A stretch of 64,000 nt of DNA from assembly GCA_053919585.1 (NCBI GenBank), contig CM132783.1; one strand, given 5' to 3'. Shown piece after piece: positions 1-12,560 of the stretch. The notes under the pieces are model-generated. The model saw nothing but the letters and a program-made list of their open reading frames with translations, was not told the origin of the DNA and did no database searches. The position numbers were made by a program, and so were the translations under genes. The first letter of the stretch is position 1; the number at the start of each line of letters is the position of its first letter. Origin of the DNA: Euprymna scolopes (lineage: Eukaryota).

Positions 1-144
1 TTGACTACCTTTCTTTAGGTTTTGATTTCGATTTCAGCTCGAGTATTTTTTCACTTGCAGAAAAAACACAATGCCCACATGTATGTATTAAAATAGAATT
101 TTTGTGCGTATTTTATGACCGGGCAACGCCGGGCTGCCAGCTAG
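1..144 (+). mobile_element. 3' end of non-autonomous Helitron-like element
   Basis: Subterminal GC hairpin ccgggcaacgccggg followed by CTAG|T (141-145); upstream part resembles 56880-57144. Confidence 0.65.
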
Positions 145-503
145 TAAATAAACTATAATCATTAATAAATTATAATCACTTAATAATAAGGAGTTAAGTT
201 CGAGTGTGATCGGTTAACAAGATAGATGAAACACACGTGTGTACCAAGTTCGGTCAACAGAAAACTTTCATCACGCGAACACTTGACCCTGAGTCTCAAC
301 CACTTAAAAAGAGGAAATATAGAAATAATGAGTTACTTTCTAATCACCAGATATAAATCTTGTTATGATGGAAGTGTGTCTGTCTTTAATTTTAATCTCC
401 CTACATCTCTATAGTTTTATAAATTTAAATTTTAGTTCCGTTTTCTTCATTGAAAATAATTAATAGTATTTACATACCTTAATACTTTGGTATATTTAAT
501 TCT

Positions 504-505
<2 letters not shown>

Positions 506-588
<83 letters not shown>
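506..588. repeat. (TC)n(TA)n compound microsatellite
   Basis: Direct reading; one of many such tracts in the window. Confidence 0.95.
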
Positions 589-592
<4 letters not shown>

Positions 593-596
593 GATA

Positions 597-745
597 TTAG
601 ACGGATAACAGGCAGTGGTCTTGCTAAAATATTTAGGAAATTAGCTTAGCTAAATATAAACAAAAAATGGTAGATTGACCTAAAAAAAAGTGGTAGTTGG
701 TAGCCAGGCTCGAACCCGTACCGTGAAGGAAAAAAAAGGAACGTG

Positions 746-776
<31 letters not shown>

Positions 777-1078
777 TAACGTCTTTGCCGTGCGTCTATC
801 GCCAAACCGGAAATGACGAATGTTTAAATTAATCCAAAAGAGGGGATGACTTTCGAAAATATTAGCGAAAAAGCGACCCTTCCTTGTAGAAAAGTGTCCA
901 GTTCACGGTGAAGGAATGAATGTTTTTAGCCAATTTTTTGATATTTGTTGTCCAAAGGATCGAGCTTCAAACCGATATCGATCTCGTGAAAATCCGTCGC
1001 CTCTGTTGAAATTTTTAGGCATACATACATACATACATACATACATGTACACAGACAGGTGAGATTTATATTATAGGT
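597..1078 (-). mobile_element. Degenerate Helitron/DINE-1-like non-autonomous element with tRNA B-box-like segment
   Basis: (TACA)n tract near 5' end at 1020-1046, AT-rich 5' end, decayed 3' hairpin near 600-620, GGTTCGAGCC on minus strand at about 706-717. Confidence 0.45.
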
Positions 1079-1214
1079 TTTCTTAGATCGTCGAGCCGTT
1101 AGTTCGCCCCATAAGGAAATATGCGAGGTTCCAATGGGACGACACATGTCTGTCTGCCTTTGATAGCCTAAAAACAAAGCTCGCAGATATGATTATACTA
1201 TCTTATCTCGATCT

Positions 1215-1570
1215 CAAGAAAGCGTCCTATGGCAGCAATGCTGTATCTCTGTTCTCTAATGGAATGTGCTCTGCTGAACTCGTTGCACTTGTGCCCCCTC
1301 AACGTCCTTATTCCCGACAAACCCGCGTAGAAACAAAATCACATCCCACCACTGTTGAGTTCCCTAAATGCCAGGAAGCTTTGGCAACTTTGGAATTCCC
1401 TTCCTGCTACCTGTTTCCTTAACTGTATTGATGTGCAAAAAATAAATTTAGCGAAAACCAACATCTTGTTAATGTTTCCCATGCAGAGTCCCATATAGTA
1501 GCCCCTTACGTCCAAGTGGCGATATGTATTGTTAAGAGTGAATGTGGGTAAAAAAGAAAAGAAAAAAAAA
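1215..1570 (+). mobile_element. CR1-group LINE 3' fragment (family B)
   Basis: Translates CSAELVALVPP..TRVETKSHPTTVEFPKC, matching the other family B C-termini; ends in A-rich tail. Confidence 0.75.
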
Positions 1571-1927
1571 GGCAAAAACATGTCTGCTACCATCCACTTC
1601 TGGCACACAGTTGGATACGCGTTGAAAGAAATTGTTGAATCCCCACCTCAACCAACACCAACACTACAACCGGGATAAATCTGAACATTCTCTTGGCCGA
1701 GACTTAATAGTGCACGAGCACGGTCTTACGTTAGAATGTGTGTGTTGCGGGAGGCGCTAATTTTTCTGCATGAGAGACAGCTAAATATCATGGGCAAGTC
1801 TAACTGTGTCGGCGGAACAATTGTAAGACTAATTACAAGGCACACTTAATCGACTTATTTAAATGTTATCACAATTGTGCGGGTTCTCCAACTTGAAAAT
1901 GGTAGTATTTGTATATATATATATTTG

Positions 1928-2657
1928 TTTACATGGAGGTCACCACTTATCAAGGCCCGGAAGCCACTCGGGGATAAGTGTTATTGAGCGTACAGTAATC
2001 AATGGGATAGTATCGTAATAATCGTTAGTATTGGAGATTTGATAAAGTGTTTTACTTAAGGGTGCGATTAATCAGGAATTTGTTTATGTTGGACTTGAAG
2101 ACATCCAAGTTGTAGTCAGGTGAGAAACAGGCAAACGGAAGAGAGTTCCACATGCGTGCACTTCTAAGAAAGAAGCTTTGTTCATGGAATCTACGTCTTG
2201 ATTTAGGCACAGATAAAGAGTGGGGAAAATTATTGACAGTGGTTTCAGCTAGTCAGGTGTTTTTCGTGAAAGATTGGCGAGGGGGAACCAGAGATTGGAG
2301 CTCAGGCGAGAACTTGCCATGGAAATAACGATAAAACAAAGACAGGTTCGTAACGTCTCTTCTATGGGAGACAGGTTGCAGGGAACAGAGAAGGCCATCC
2401 CTCACTAAGCCACGAAGTCTATTTTGCACTCTGTCAAGGCAGGATAGGCTGTTTTTAGCAGCTTCTGTCCAGATGTGGCAGCAGTACTCCGTACTCCATC
2501 CTTGGACGTACTTGGCTTTTATATAGATAGAGGATTGCCTCAGTTGTGAGATATCTTCTGGAGCGGTAGAAGGATCCCACCAGTTTTCCAACGACCTTGG
2601 CAACAGACTTGATGTACGTGTTCCATTTCAGATCAGGAGTTAAGGTAAAACCCAGTT
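1928..2657 (-). mobile_element. CR1-group LINE 5'-truncated copy (family A)
   Basis: LGFTLTPDLKWNTYI..LYKSQVRPRMEY/CCHIW..LFYRYFHGK; 3' UTR shared with 38073 and 59290 copies. Confidence 0.9.
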
Positions 2658-3029
2658 TTGACGCCAACTTTACACACTCAATTGGTCCCATAGCCGAGTC
2701 CTTCCTAGAAGTAGCAGCCTCGTTAAAGCCCGCCAGAGATAGCGGCATACACACATTTATACGAAGCAAATGTAAGTATATTCCTGTATTTACATTTGTA
2801 CATGTTCACATTCCAAAGGATATATTAATTGTATTCTGTTTATTCATTGATATCATAATATTATATTTATTATAAAGTGTTTCTTGAATAAATTAATTGT
2901 ATTAGTTCTATCAATTTACATTATTATATTATTTTTATTAGTTTTACTTCACAGAATTTCAATATAAATCCTACAATTTTTATTTTGCTTTATCTCGTAT
3001 ATTAAGATATTTTATTTGGCTGGGATTGT

Positions 3030-3755
3030 CTTATAGAAAGAGCCCACTTTCTTCGCAGCAGCCTTGGCAATGCTTTCGATGTATCTGTTCCAACTTATGT
3101 TCCTTGCAAACGTTAACCGAGGAGTTTGAACGAAATGCTTTCAAGTAATGTATATGAAGCCAAAGCTATGACTCGTTTAAAAGGTTTCTTGTAATTAGTA
3201 AATAAAACGAGCTTTGTCCTGGCAGTATTGAACATTACAATCCATTTTTGAACCCATTCCACTACAGAATGGAGGTTTTCACCATTGCTTTGGATATGTG
3301 TTTATTTGCTTTCCCCTCATTCCTGTTATAGAGCATAGTGTCGACAGCAAATATATCCATTTCAAAGACTATTTTATCACGGAGGTCATTTATAAATATC
3401 AGGAATAATAAAGGTCCAAGTTACACCCGCATTTATATCATATTGTTTAAACATACAACCATCCAGGACAACCTATTTTAGAAGGCTTTAATTATGTTTA
3501 GTATTCGTCTAGTAATACAATATGATCTGCTTTGATTTGAAGATCATCGTGCCATACCCTGTCTAAAGCTTTAGGTATATTTGGGGTTTCTACCCTCGCC
3601 TTCCCTGCTTAATCCAGTGCATGATATATACGTTCAGAGATTACATTTAGAATATCTGCAGTAGAACGGGCTTGCCTAAATACATATTGATGGTCGGACA
3701 GAAGTTTAGCAACTATAAAATGATGGACTAGAGCTTGATTAGTTATGGACTCAAG
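3030..3755 (-). mobile_element. CR1-group LINE RT fragment (family B), decayed
   Basis: Minus-strand remnants DIFAVDT (FADD-like) and SWNRYIESIAKAAAKKVGSFY. Confidence 0.75.
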
Positions 3756-4018
3756 TGCGAGGAATAAATAAAAATGAATGTCACATATGCATCATAAACA
3801 CTTTTGATTCTTCGTTGAATCATCCGTTGGTTACATATTATTATAAACAAAAACATACCCACAATTTGCAGGATGATATTGATAATGGGGAAACACAATT
3901 ATAACCGTATGTATTTTGATAATTTCGTCGCATATCTAGAGTCATATAATAGTTTCGTTAAAAACTGTACAATCTATTGAACTGAATTAATAAGGATTTC
4001 GCTTGGTTGAATTTGGAA

Positions 4019-4063
<45 letters not shown>

Positions 4064-4430
4064 TTAAATTTTAAAAATAATATTATTCGTACTAAATCAA
4101 CCTCCATATTCACTTGAATTTGGTTCGTGTGACTTTTTCTGTTTTGAAAATATATAGGAGCATGCATCATAGAGTTCACTTTAAGAGGCGCGTAGGTCGA
4201 AAGGTATTCCATAACGCTGAACGTGATCGGCATACCGTAAGGTCCCTTCAATAAGTACAGAGAAACATATTCACATTCTAAACATTCTAAATTATAAGTT
4301 TTACGTTATTTGGAATGTGAATATTTTTTGTGAAATAAATCCCGTTATTTTTCAGACAATATCGAACATAAAACATATCTGAAGATAAATTAGTTTAAAA
4401 AAGAAAGTTCAATGAAAAAGACAAGAAGAG

Positions 4431-4499
<69 letters not shown>

Positions 4500-5689
4500 A
4501 AGTCTAATTTTGGTTGTTTAATCTCATCCTTCACTGTCCAAGATAATATTTGACACAACCCGCCATCGTTACAGTAAAAAAAAAAAAAAAAAAAAATGAA
4601 CGGTCGACAGCAATAAACAAAAACCTGACTCTCTTAAGGCAATTCGGTTCATCTTAAAGATCGTTACGTTTTATTTATAGTTCTCCTTAAGTGAAAAGCC
4701 ATATCTAACGCATATGAATTATTACATAACTATAAAATTACATACACTGACACATACATACAAACGCATTCATAAACAAATAAGGTAAAGATACACAAAT
4801 AAGTTTTAATAACTAAACTTTAATAATTAAATTTCCGCAATGTCTTAATCCTTGCAATATAGAAGATTTCATAACGTTAAAATTAGAATTTATTTCTGCT
4901 TTGTGCTTACTAACCCTTTTATAGGTCAGTCTGTCAAGCTCATTAAGCTTTGATATTTGCACCAAGAGTTTCCATAGCAACGAAAGCGTAATGTTTTTGT
5001 TCCCTTTCTTTTTCTCATTTTTTCTTTTTCTCTCAATTCCCCTTCCCTTCCTTCTGCCGTTCTCTTTCTTGCCCTAACCTTGTTAGTAAATGCAAAACAG
5101 CTGTAATATTGTATTATTATTTCAGTGGGATGATTTTTCAGTCGACTGGCCCTCTCATTTGTAAAGGCCCGATTGGGTTAAAATAAATTTATAATATCTG
5201 TTTGTTTTCGGTTGTTTGTTTTCAACTTTGATTTTTGTTCTGATATATATTGAACANNNNNNNNNNNNNNNNNNNNNNNNNNNNNNNNNNNNNNNNNNNN
5301 NNNNNNNNNNNNNNNNNNNNNNNNNNNNNNNNNNNNNNNNNNNNNNNNNNNNNNNNNNNNNNNNNNNNNNNNNNNNNNNNNNNNNNNNNNNNNNNNNNNN
5401 NATTTGATTTCAAAATTTCACTTATAATATTGCTCTATCTCATATATTGAACTTATTTATCTCATTTGGATTGTCTTATAAACATGATACTAATATTTAT
5501 ATGGACTTTAATTTAGATTACAGTCAATATAAATATTAGTATAATGTAATTTTAGAATTAAATTAAGTAAATAAAATGTGACACATTTATTATGAAAATG
5601 CATTTTTTATATATCTTTTCTTATCGAATAATAAATTTCTCGCACTTTAAAAAAATATTGCATTCAATTCCCAATATTCACTTATAAAT

Positions 5690-6272
5690 ATATACACTAT
5701 ATAGTATGTATGCCTGAAATCGTTCCCTATGAATCCTTGGTCCGATTTAAATAATATATCACACAAATGTACTCCATATACATGGCAGTGATCTTAGATA
5801 GTTTTTTTTATCGGAATTTCTTCCATAAGTATCGATAATCGATAATCGAAAAAAAAATCCGAAACAAGTGATTTTGACTAAATTTAACGTATGCAGCAGA
5901 CTAATATTGCAAGTGCATTTAAGAAGTTTTTACCGCACAAGCAGAAAGGCTCGACATACAAAATCAATATTAGGTTCTTTAATAGGACAGGGGTGCGTTC
6001 GAAATGAATAGTTCTTTTTAGAGCACAATTAAACCATGATAATTGGCTATTGTATTTGAAACTTTAATTAAAGACAAAAATAATTTTATAAAATCCACGG
6101 TACAATATAAACTACACTGAAGGGAGACATGGAGCTCCCCACGTGCACATTTATTCATCCCAAACTAGAGCATGCAATTAATTGATTTGATTTATAAAGA
6201 AAGTGAACGATTTCATCGATTTTTATGACAATAAAATCAATCTCGGGCAACGTTAGATCTCTCTACTAACTA

Positions 6273-6273
<1 letters not shown>
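5690..6273 (+). mobile_element. Non-autonomous Helitron-like element
   Basis: Decayed tcgggcaacg hairpin then CTAG|T before (TA)n; 5930-6250 is similar to 28323-28860. Confidence 0.55.
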
Positions 6274-6339
<66 letters not shown>

Positions 6340-6344
<5 letters not shown>

Positions 6345-6936
6345 CTGGTTAAAATCATAAGACCACTTAAGAAAGTAAGCATTTTTTTTTTACACAGTGA
6401 TCACCACTTATCAAGGCCCGGAAGCCACTCCGGGATGAGGGTTATTGCAAGTACATTACGTTAGTGTGGAGATTTGATGAAGTGTTTACTTAAGGGGACG
6501 GTTCATTAGGAATTTGTTAACATTGGACTTGAAGACATCCAAGTTGTAGTCCGGTGGGAAGCAGGCAGACGGAACAGAGTTCCACAGGCGTGCAGTTCTA
6601 AGAAAGAAGCTTTATTTATGGAATCCACGTTTTGATTTAGGCACAGATAAAGAGTGGGGGAAATTTTTCACAGTGGATTCGGCTAGACGGGTGTTTTTCG
6701 TGAAAGATTGGCGAGAGGGGACCAGAGATTGGAGTTCAGACGAGCACCTGCCATGGAAATAACGATAAAACAAGGAGATTTACGCATATTATCGAATTTT
6801 TAATCAAACAAATGGTTGAAACCATTGCCAAAAGGGAAAATATGATTGGGGAAAAAATGAAATCTGCTTCATTCGAAACCATTTGTTTGATTAAAAATTC
6901 GATAATATGCGTAAACGCTTACTTTCTTAAGTAGTC
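6340..6936. mobile_element. Tc1-like MITE interrupted by a CR1 3' fragment
   Basis: Left end agtcctggttaaaatcataagaccacttaagaaagtaagc is inverted to gcttactttcttaagtagtc (6917-6936, runs into gap); inner arms 6779-6819 / 6878-6915. Confidence 0.7.
6382..6777 (-). mobile_element. CR1 family A 3' fragment nested in MITE
   Basis: Poly-T, family A 3' UTR, and LLFYRYFHGRCSSELQSL C-terminus. Confidence 0.9.
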
Positions 6937-8049
6937 NNNNNNNNNNNNNNNNNNNNNNNNNNNNNNNNNNNNNNNNNNNNNNNNNNNNNNNNNNNNNNNN
7001 NNNNNNNNNNNNNNNNNNNNNNNNNNNNNNNNNNNNNNNNNNNNNNNNNNNNNNNNNNNNNNNNNNNNNNNNNNNNNNNNNNNNNNNTTTATAACTTACT
7101 AACTAGCTCTACCTACTTATTGAGCACTTTTGAAATAAATACTTAAAGTTTACGCATAAATTTATACTTTCGTATATTAATTTTATGTGAGTAAATTAAG
7201 TAGTTATATATATATCGGGTCTCCCTGCTACTATTTAACTTAAGATACTTTGTATATATGCAATTTGACTAAAAATAATGTTTGCAGTACAAAATCGAAA
7301 CAAACTCATGTGAAAACCATGTTTTATATTTTGTCTCCAATGCTTGCGTTGAGCATTTGACCTGTCCATCTGATGTCGGTTTGTTTATTTTGTATATAAG
7401 AACACAAGAGAGAAACTCTTACTTTTTGATGAGATATAAAAGGCAGTGATCATTAACCTTGTCTTGTCAATCGAAAATAGTGCTGGTATAAACGTTAGAA
7501 GGGAATTATCAGAAATGCGGCTAAATATTAAAGAAAATGAGACACGCCGACATGTCTAATCAAAACACCCCATTCCTGGCAGCTATAAACTTGAGAATAT
7601 AAACTCATGTTTTGAATCGCTTAATACAACATTCGCAGCAAGATCTCTTCTTTTATATCACTGCAGAATAGTTTTCTTTCTAAACTTAGTGCCTAATATA
7701 AAGCAAAATTTCAATAAAAATCATTTCGTTCAAAAAATTTTTCATCCATAAAATACTAATTGCAAATTACAACATGATTGACTTCCTGCGAAATGTCAAC
7801 TTGTGGAATGTTATTTTAAGTAATAATTTTTGTCAAATTCTATTTACTATTGACGAGGATTACAATAGCTTACTTACATAAAACACGTTTCATTTTTAGT
7901 AAGAAATAGAATTTCGCATTAAAAATAAACAATTGACAAGTTACACTGAAGGCAAGCCTTCAACAACTTTGAATTGTTAGATATAGCGACTTAAAACCGT
8001 AATGATTTCAAGGTAAAAATATTTCCCAAATATTGGTTCCATATTATAA

Positions 8050-8123
<74 letters not shown>

Positions 8124-8155
8124 GTCTTTACAGAAGCAGTAATTTGTTGCTACAC

Positions 8156-8213
8156 AGTTATGAGCATGTTTCGGTCTTCTAGTGTTTAGTAACTAGAGAC
8201 CTCTTCAGACAAC
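8156..8213 (-). ncRNA. Type I hammerhead ribozyme motif (Penelope pLTR type), imperfect stem III
   Basis: gttgt-CTGAAGA-ggtctctagt..actagaagacc-GAAAC-ATG-CTC-ataac; stems I and II pair. Confidence 0.7.
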
Positions 8214-9314
8214 AAACGCTTATTTATGAAAGCGGAATTTAGAATGAAAACCGAAAATCAACTTTCAGCAAAAGAAGGTTGGTTTTTTTATCTTTTAAAG
8301 GATCGTGGGGGTGACGGTTCAACTGTGTGAAGAGCATGGTTGATTGTGTGCGAATTTGTTAGTTTATTTATTTTCCTATTTGTTTGTTCACTTATTTACC
8401 GTGTCTTTATTCAATCATTTCTTGTTTGTGTTAGGGAATAGGGTATGTAAGGTTAGGGGTTGTAAAGCCAGGGTTGTGTAGGTGTTATCTTAAACAAGTA
8501 TGAGCTTAGCTTGTCTGTTGCCTGCTGCCTGTCTGAGACTACTCCTTTTTATTATTTGTTTTAATTTAATATTCCTATTTGTCTCTGCTAAAAGATTAGG
8601 ATTTACTCGGATCTGTTGACCATTTCTTGGTCTTCTAGTGAACGATGGCGGGGAGGAAGGGGAGTGAGAAGCGTAAGAAAGAAAGGAAAGAAAAGAGTAG
8701 GGGGAGATGGAATGGGGAAGAAAGTAAGAGGGTGAAGAATAAGGAAGAGAGAAGAAAAGGGAGAAGGGGGAGAGGGGTGGCATCATTTGTTTTCTCTTAT
8801 TTAAACAAAATCGGTTTTTTATTCTTTATTTTTTTATTCTTATCTTATTTGACCACTCTAATACTTATTGCTATTTACTTTATTTGATGTCGGTTATTAA
8901 TTGGTGTATTTGTAAATTTGTTATTAAACTTTTCATAATGATAGTAATTGAAAAACTCAGAATATATGTCATTATAAAACTTATGATGGTTAAATGCAGT
9001 CATGTTTATTTTTATTTATTCATTTAGTTTTTTCTTCTTCTTTTTTATTTTTATTTTTTTTATTTATTTATTTATTGGCAGAAATAATGATTATTCAGCT
9101 AGAAGGGTGATTAGGAAATCCTCCCAGTTATTTGATACTGGGAGGAATTCCTAATCACTCTTCCTAATGTTGACTAGATGTCGACCATAAAAAAACTATT
9201 TTTTAATTTAGCCACAGTTAAATTTGCATTTTGATCTTGTATTTTGTCTACCAGTGTGGATTGGGGGACCATTGAATTTCTTTAATTAATTATAATCTGG
9301 GAAGTTGATTTTAA

Positions 9315-9942
9315 GCCTTTAGAATGTGCAGCCCCACATATTTTAATGATGAAATTACGAATGTTTTCGAAACATTACAGTATCCGTTCTATTTCATTTC
9401 TTACGCAATGAAAAAAAGCTACGAACATACGCTATAATATAAAATAACAGAAAAATAAAACCAATACCTCCCTACTAAAGAGACATCTTTTTATTCCCAC
9501 CCACACTAAAAATACAAAAATCTACGACACTCTTAATAAACTTGGTTTTCACTTGATACAAACAACTTCCACAACAATAAAACACACATTAAAAACTACC
9601 AAGAACTCTCCCAAAACCCTCACATCCAACGCCGGTAACCCATGTAACGATTTCCAACAAGCATACATAGGCGAGACACAACGTAAATTGAAACTAAAAG
9701 GGGTATAAGGTAACGCCCTAAATGCACTCTTTTGCCATTGTGCGGAACACGAACATTCATTTAATTCAGATCATGCCAAAATTATAAAATTCGTGATAGA
9801 TAGAGCCAAAATGAAGACTTTTAGAGTCGGCACTGATATTAAATACTAATAATATTACGCAAAGAAAGGGCTTCTCCCATTTAGCCTTTAGTATTGAGAA
9901 AATAATAATCAAAGAACAAAACATAAAGACAGATCCTGGTTA
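9315..9942 (+). pseudogene. Penelope-like element RT C-terminus and GIY-YIG endonuclease remnant
   Basis: AFRMCSPTYFNDEI..LQYPFYFI; PCNDFQQAYIGETQR; NALFCHCAEHEHSFN; LESALI; stops and frameshifts present. Confidence 0.85.
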
Positions 9943-10049
9943 ATTCATACGATTGTCCCAAACAGTTTTTCCGTACATAATTTAAAAAAAATAAGAAGAA
10001 GAGAGAGAGAAAAAGGTGTACATAGATATTTAAATAACGTATTTTAAAT

Positions 10050-10482
10050 TTTACTGTGTAGGAAGTTGAACAGCAAGATATCGGTACACGTTACACTTGA
10101 ACTTCTGCATGTCAGTACAGTCGGCGAAGCAGGGACCCGGCAGGGAATTCCAAAGTCTAGCGGCTCTGGGGAAGAAACTACTGGTGTATAAGGCTCTCTT
10201 GCATCTAGGGATCTCTACTGTGAAGGGGTGGGATTTAGCTGCTTGTCGGGTTTGTCGGGGGCATTTACGTCGAGGGGACACAAGTGCTTGCAGTTCGTCA
10301 CAGCATTCACCGTAAAAGTACTTGTAGAACAGGCAGAGGGATGCAACATTTCGTCAATGTAACGAAGGCTGAAGTTTAGCTGACAGTTCAGGACCTATCA
10401 GATTGGCGACTCTCTTTTGAACCTTGTCTAGGAGCGAGAGACTAGTGGCAGATGCACCAGCCCAAATATGGCAACAATACTC
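10050..10482 (-). mobile_element. CR1-group LINE C-terminal fragment (family B)
   Basis: EYCCHIWAGAS..FTVEIPRCKRALYTSSFFPRAARLWNSLP. Confidence 0.9.
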
Positions 10483-10519
10483 CATACATATATAGATATA
10501 TAGATATAGATATATATTT

Positions 10520-10960
10520 AGCAAAACTGGTAATTAGTAAAAACCTGAAGAAAGTGCTCAATACTATTGCAGAGCAAATATATATTTTTATTACCGTGTT
10601 ATCTGTTTTAGTTATACATGTTTCTGTTACTGGATCGTATTCACGATCCAGCGACTTCGCCCGACTTGAACAGAAGTGGTTATTATAATTTGGAAAGACC
10701 ATATTAGAAGAAGACGATGAAAAACAAACAAAAAGGTGGGGGAATCTCAATTTGGGTCTGACAGCATTTAAGTTTTAAGATTTAATAATAAAATAAATAA
10801 ATAAATAAACAATAAAACATAGAACAGCCAGATAAACACGGATTTCGAGCCAGATAGACACGGATTTCGAGTGTATGGAGAAGGGAGAGAGATAGAGAAG
10901 AAGAACGGTAGGTGGAGAGAGAAGAGAGAAGAGGTAATGTTGTCGTGGTGTCATATGGGA
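10520..10960 (-). mobile_element. Penelope-type terminal fragment with decayed hammerhead (same family as 62339-62545)
   Basis: Shares aaaactggtaattagtaaaaa..gtgctcaatactattgcagag and acagataa.acggtaataa with 62342-62530. Confidence 0.65.
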
Positions 10961-11072
10961 TTTGACACGTTAATGATTTACGCGGATTGGTTGGGGGGGG
11001 GGCCTGTTCGGAGCAACTAAGATGCATCCTCTTAAGGTAAGCAAAAGTTACAACCAATTTAAATAAATTACT

Positions 11073-11160
11073 TATTTAAATGCATTTTCTGAATTACCTA
11101 TTTAAATGCATTTGCTGAATTACCTATTTAAATGCATTTGCTGAATTACCTATTTAAATG
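11073..11160. repeat. 26-bp minisatellite running into assembly gap
   Basis: tatttaaatgcatttgctgaattacc repeated about 3.4 times. Confidence 0.9.
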
Positions 11161-11289
11161 NNNNNNNNNNNNNNNNNNNNNNNNNNNNNNNNNNNNNNNN
11201 NNNNNNNNNNNNNNNNNNNNNNNNNNNNNNNNNNNNNNNNNNNNNNNNNNNNNNNNNNNNNNNNNNNNNNNNNNNNNNNNNNNNNNNNN

Positions 11290-12000
11290 GTTTGCAGACT
11301 TTTTGTAAGGGCACTTTTTATAGTAAACACATGAAACTCAAGTCTCCTTCGAAGTAATCTTCCCCAACTGCAATGCACTTTCTGTGCCTTCCCAACAAAT
11401 TTTGGAAGGCCCAATAGAAGTCTTCTTGTGTGAGTGTGTTAATGGCCCTCGTCACAGCCGCTTTCATCTCCTCGTTTCATAATAACAGCCTCTAAGGTTT
11501 TCCTTGAGCTTAGGGAATAACAAAAGTCACGGGGAGAAAGCTCCGGACTATAAGGAGGGTGAGGCAATATCTTGATTCCCATCTTGGTCTAATAGTCTGT
11601 GATAAAAATGGAGATATGGACTGGTGCACGCGCTCCAACCTTTCACATCTCCAGTTCCTCGTGAACAATTGTGTGCACAGTTTCCACATTCATATCAAAC
11701 TGCGCGATTATTTTCTCTACAGACACACAACGGTCCTTATACATGAAATTCTTTATTTGGCCAATCAACTCTAGTGTTCTGACTTCCTTACTCACCTCAC
11801 ACATCTTATCAACCCTAGCTCCTTCATTGAATTTCTTAAACCACTCAAAACCGTATGTTCGATACATGCAAGATGGTTCAAAAGCATTTTCCAAGTTTAA
11901 AATGTTATTGCATATCATACTTTTAAAGTGTGCTTCCGACCAGATTGCATTTTTGAAATTCATCATGCGTAACAATCAGGCTTTAGTAGGGTATATTCCA
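11290..12000 (-). mobile_element. Mariner transposase remnant with internal deletions
   Basis: FEWFKKFNEG..TVHTIVHEELEM HTH region; PPYSPELSPRDF (YSPDLAP-like) at about 11527-11560. Confidence 0.85.
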
Positions 12001-12050
12001 ATTCTTGCTGTAGCTGTTCATGCAAACCTTAAATCATAAAACCTAATCAG

Positions 12051-12560
12051 TCATCTCATAAGAGATACAGCAAGAGTGAAGGATTTTTTTTTCTTTTCCG
12101 CAATCGACCAATTCACTGTTTTATAATTGCGTTTTCTTGTGGTCATTGCTTGGTTTTTCCGGAGTCCAGGATCAGAATTTGTCTGGTCTGGTGGATTCTC
12201 CAGCGTAGTGTTGCTACCTGTAATATTATCACTGGGAAAAGTTGCACTGTTATTTTCCACGTATGGCTCAGTGCGTAGCCATGCCGAGGGGACCTTTTCA
12301 TCCTGGCAGTCGTCCTGCCAGTGTTTACTTTTTTTTATTTTCTTGTTCATATATGTTTTTTTGGGAACATTTGGTTGGGGTTTACTTCGTGAAAGAAGCA
12401 TCCTTATATTTGTATATCAATCCATGTCCCTTTGCAGGGACACTCTGAGATACACTAATAAATCCCTTTACAGAGAGACCGACGATACAGGAGATCTGTA
12501 TCTAGTATACTTTCCCATTCTCTCCACTCAATAACATACTAAATTTTCAAGAGTCAACGG
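12051..12560 (-). mobile_element. Probable 5' end/N-terminus of an R4/Dong-type non-LTR element
   Basis: Low-complexity N-terminal ORF ending in RKRNYKTVNWSIAEKK, preceded by a structured leader; family assignment is inference. Confidence 0.4.
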
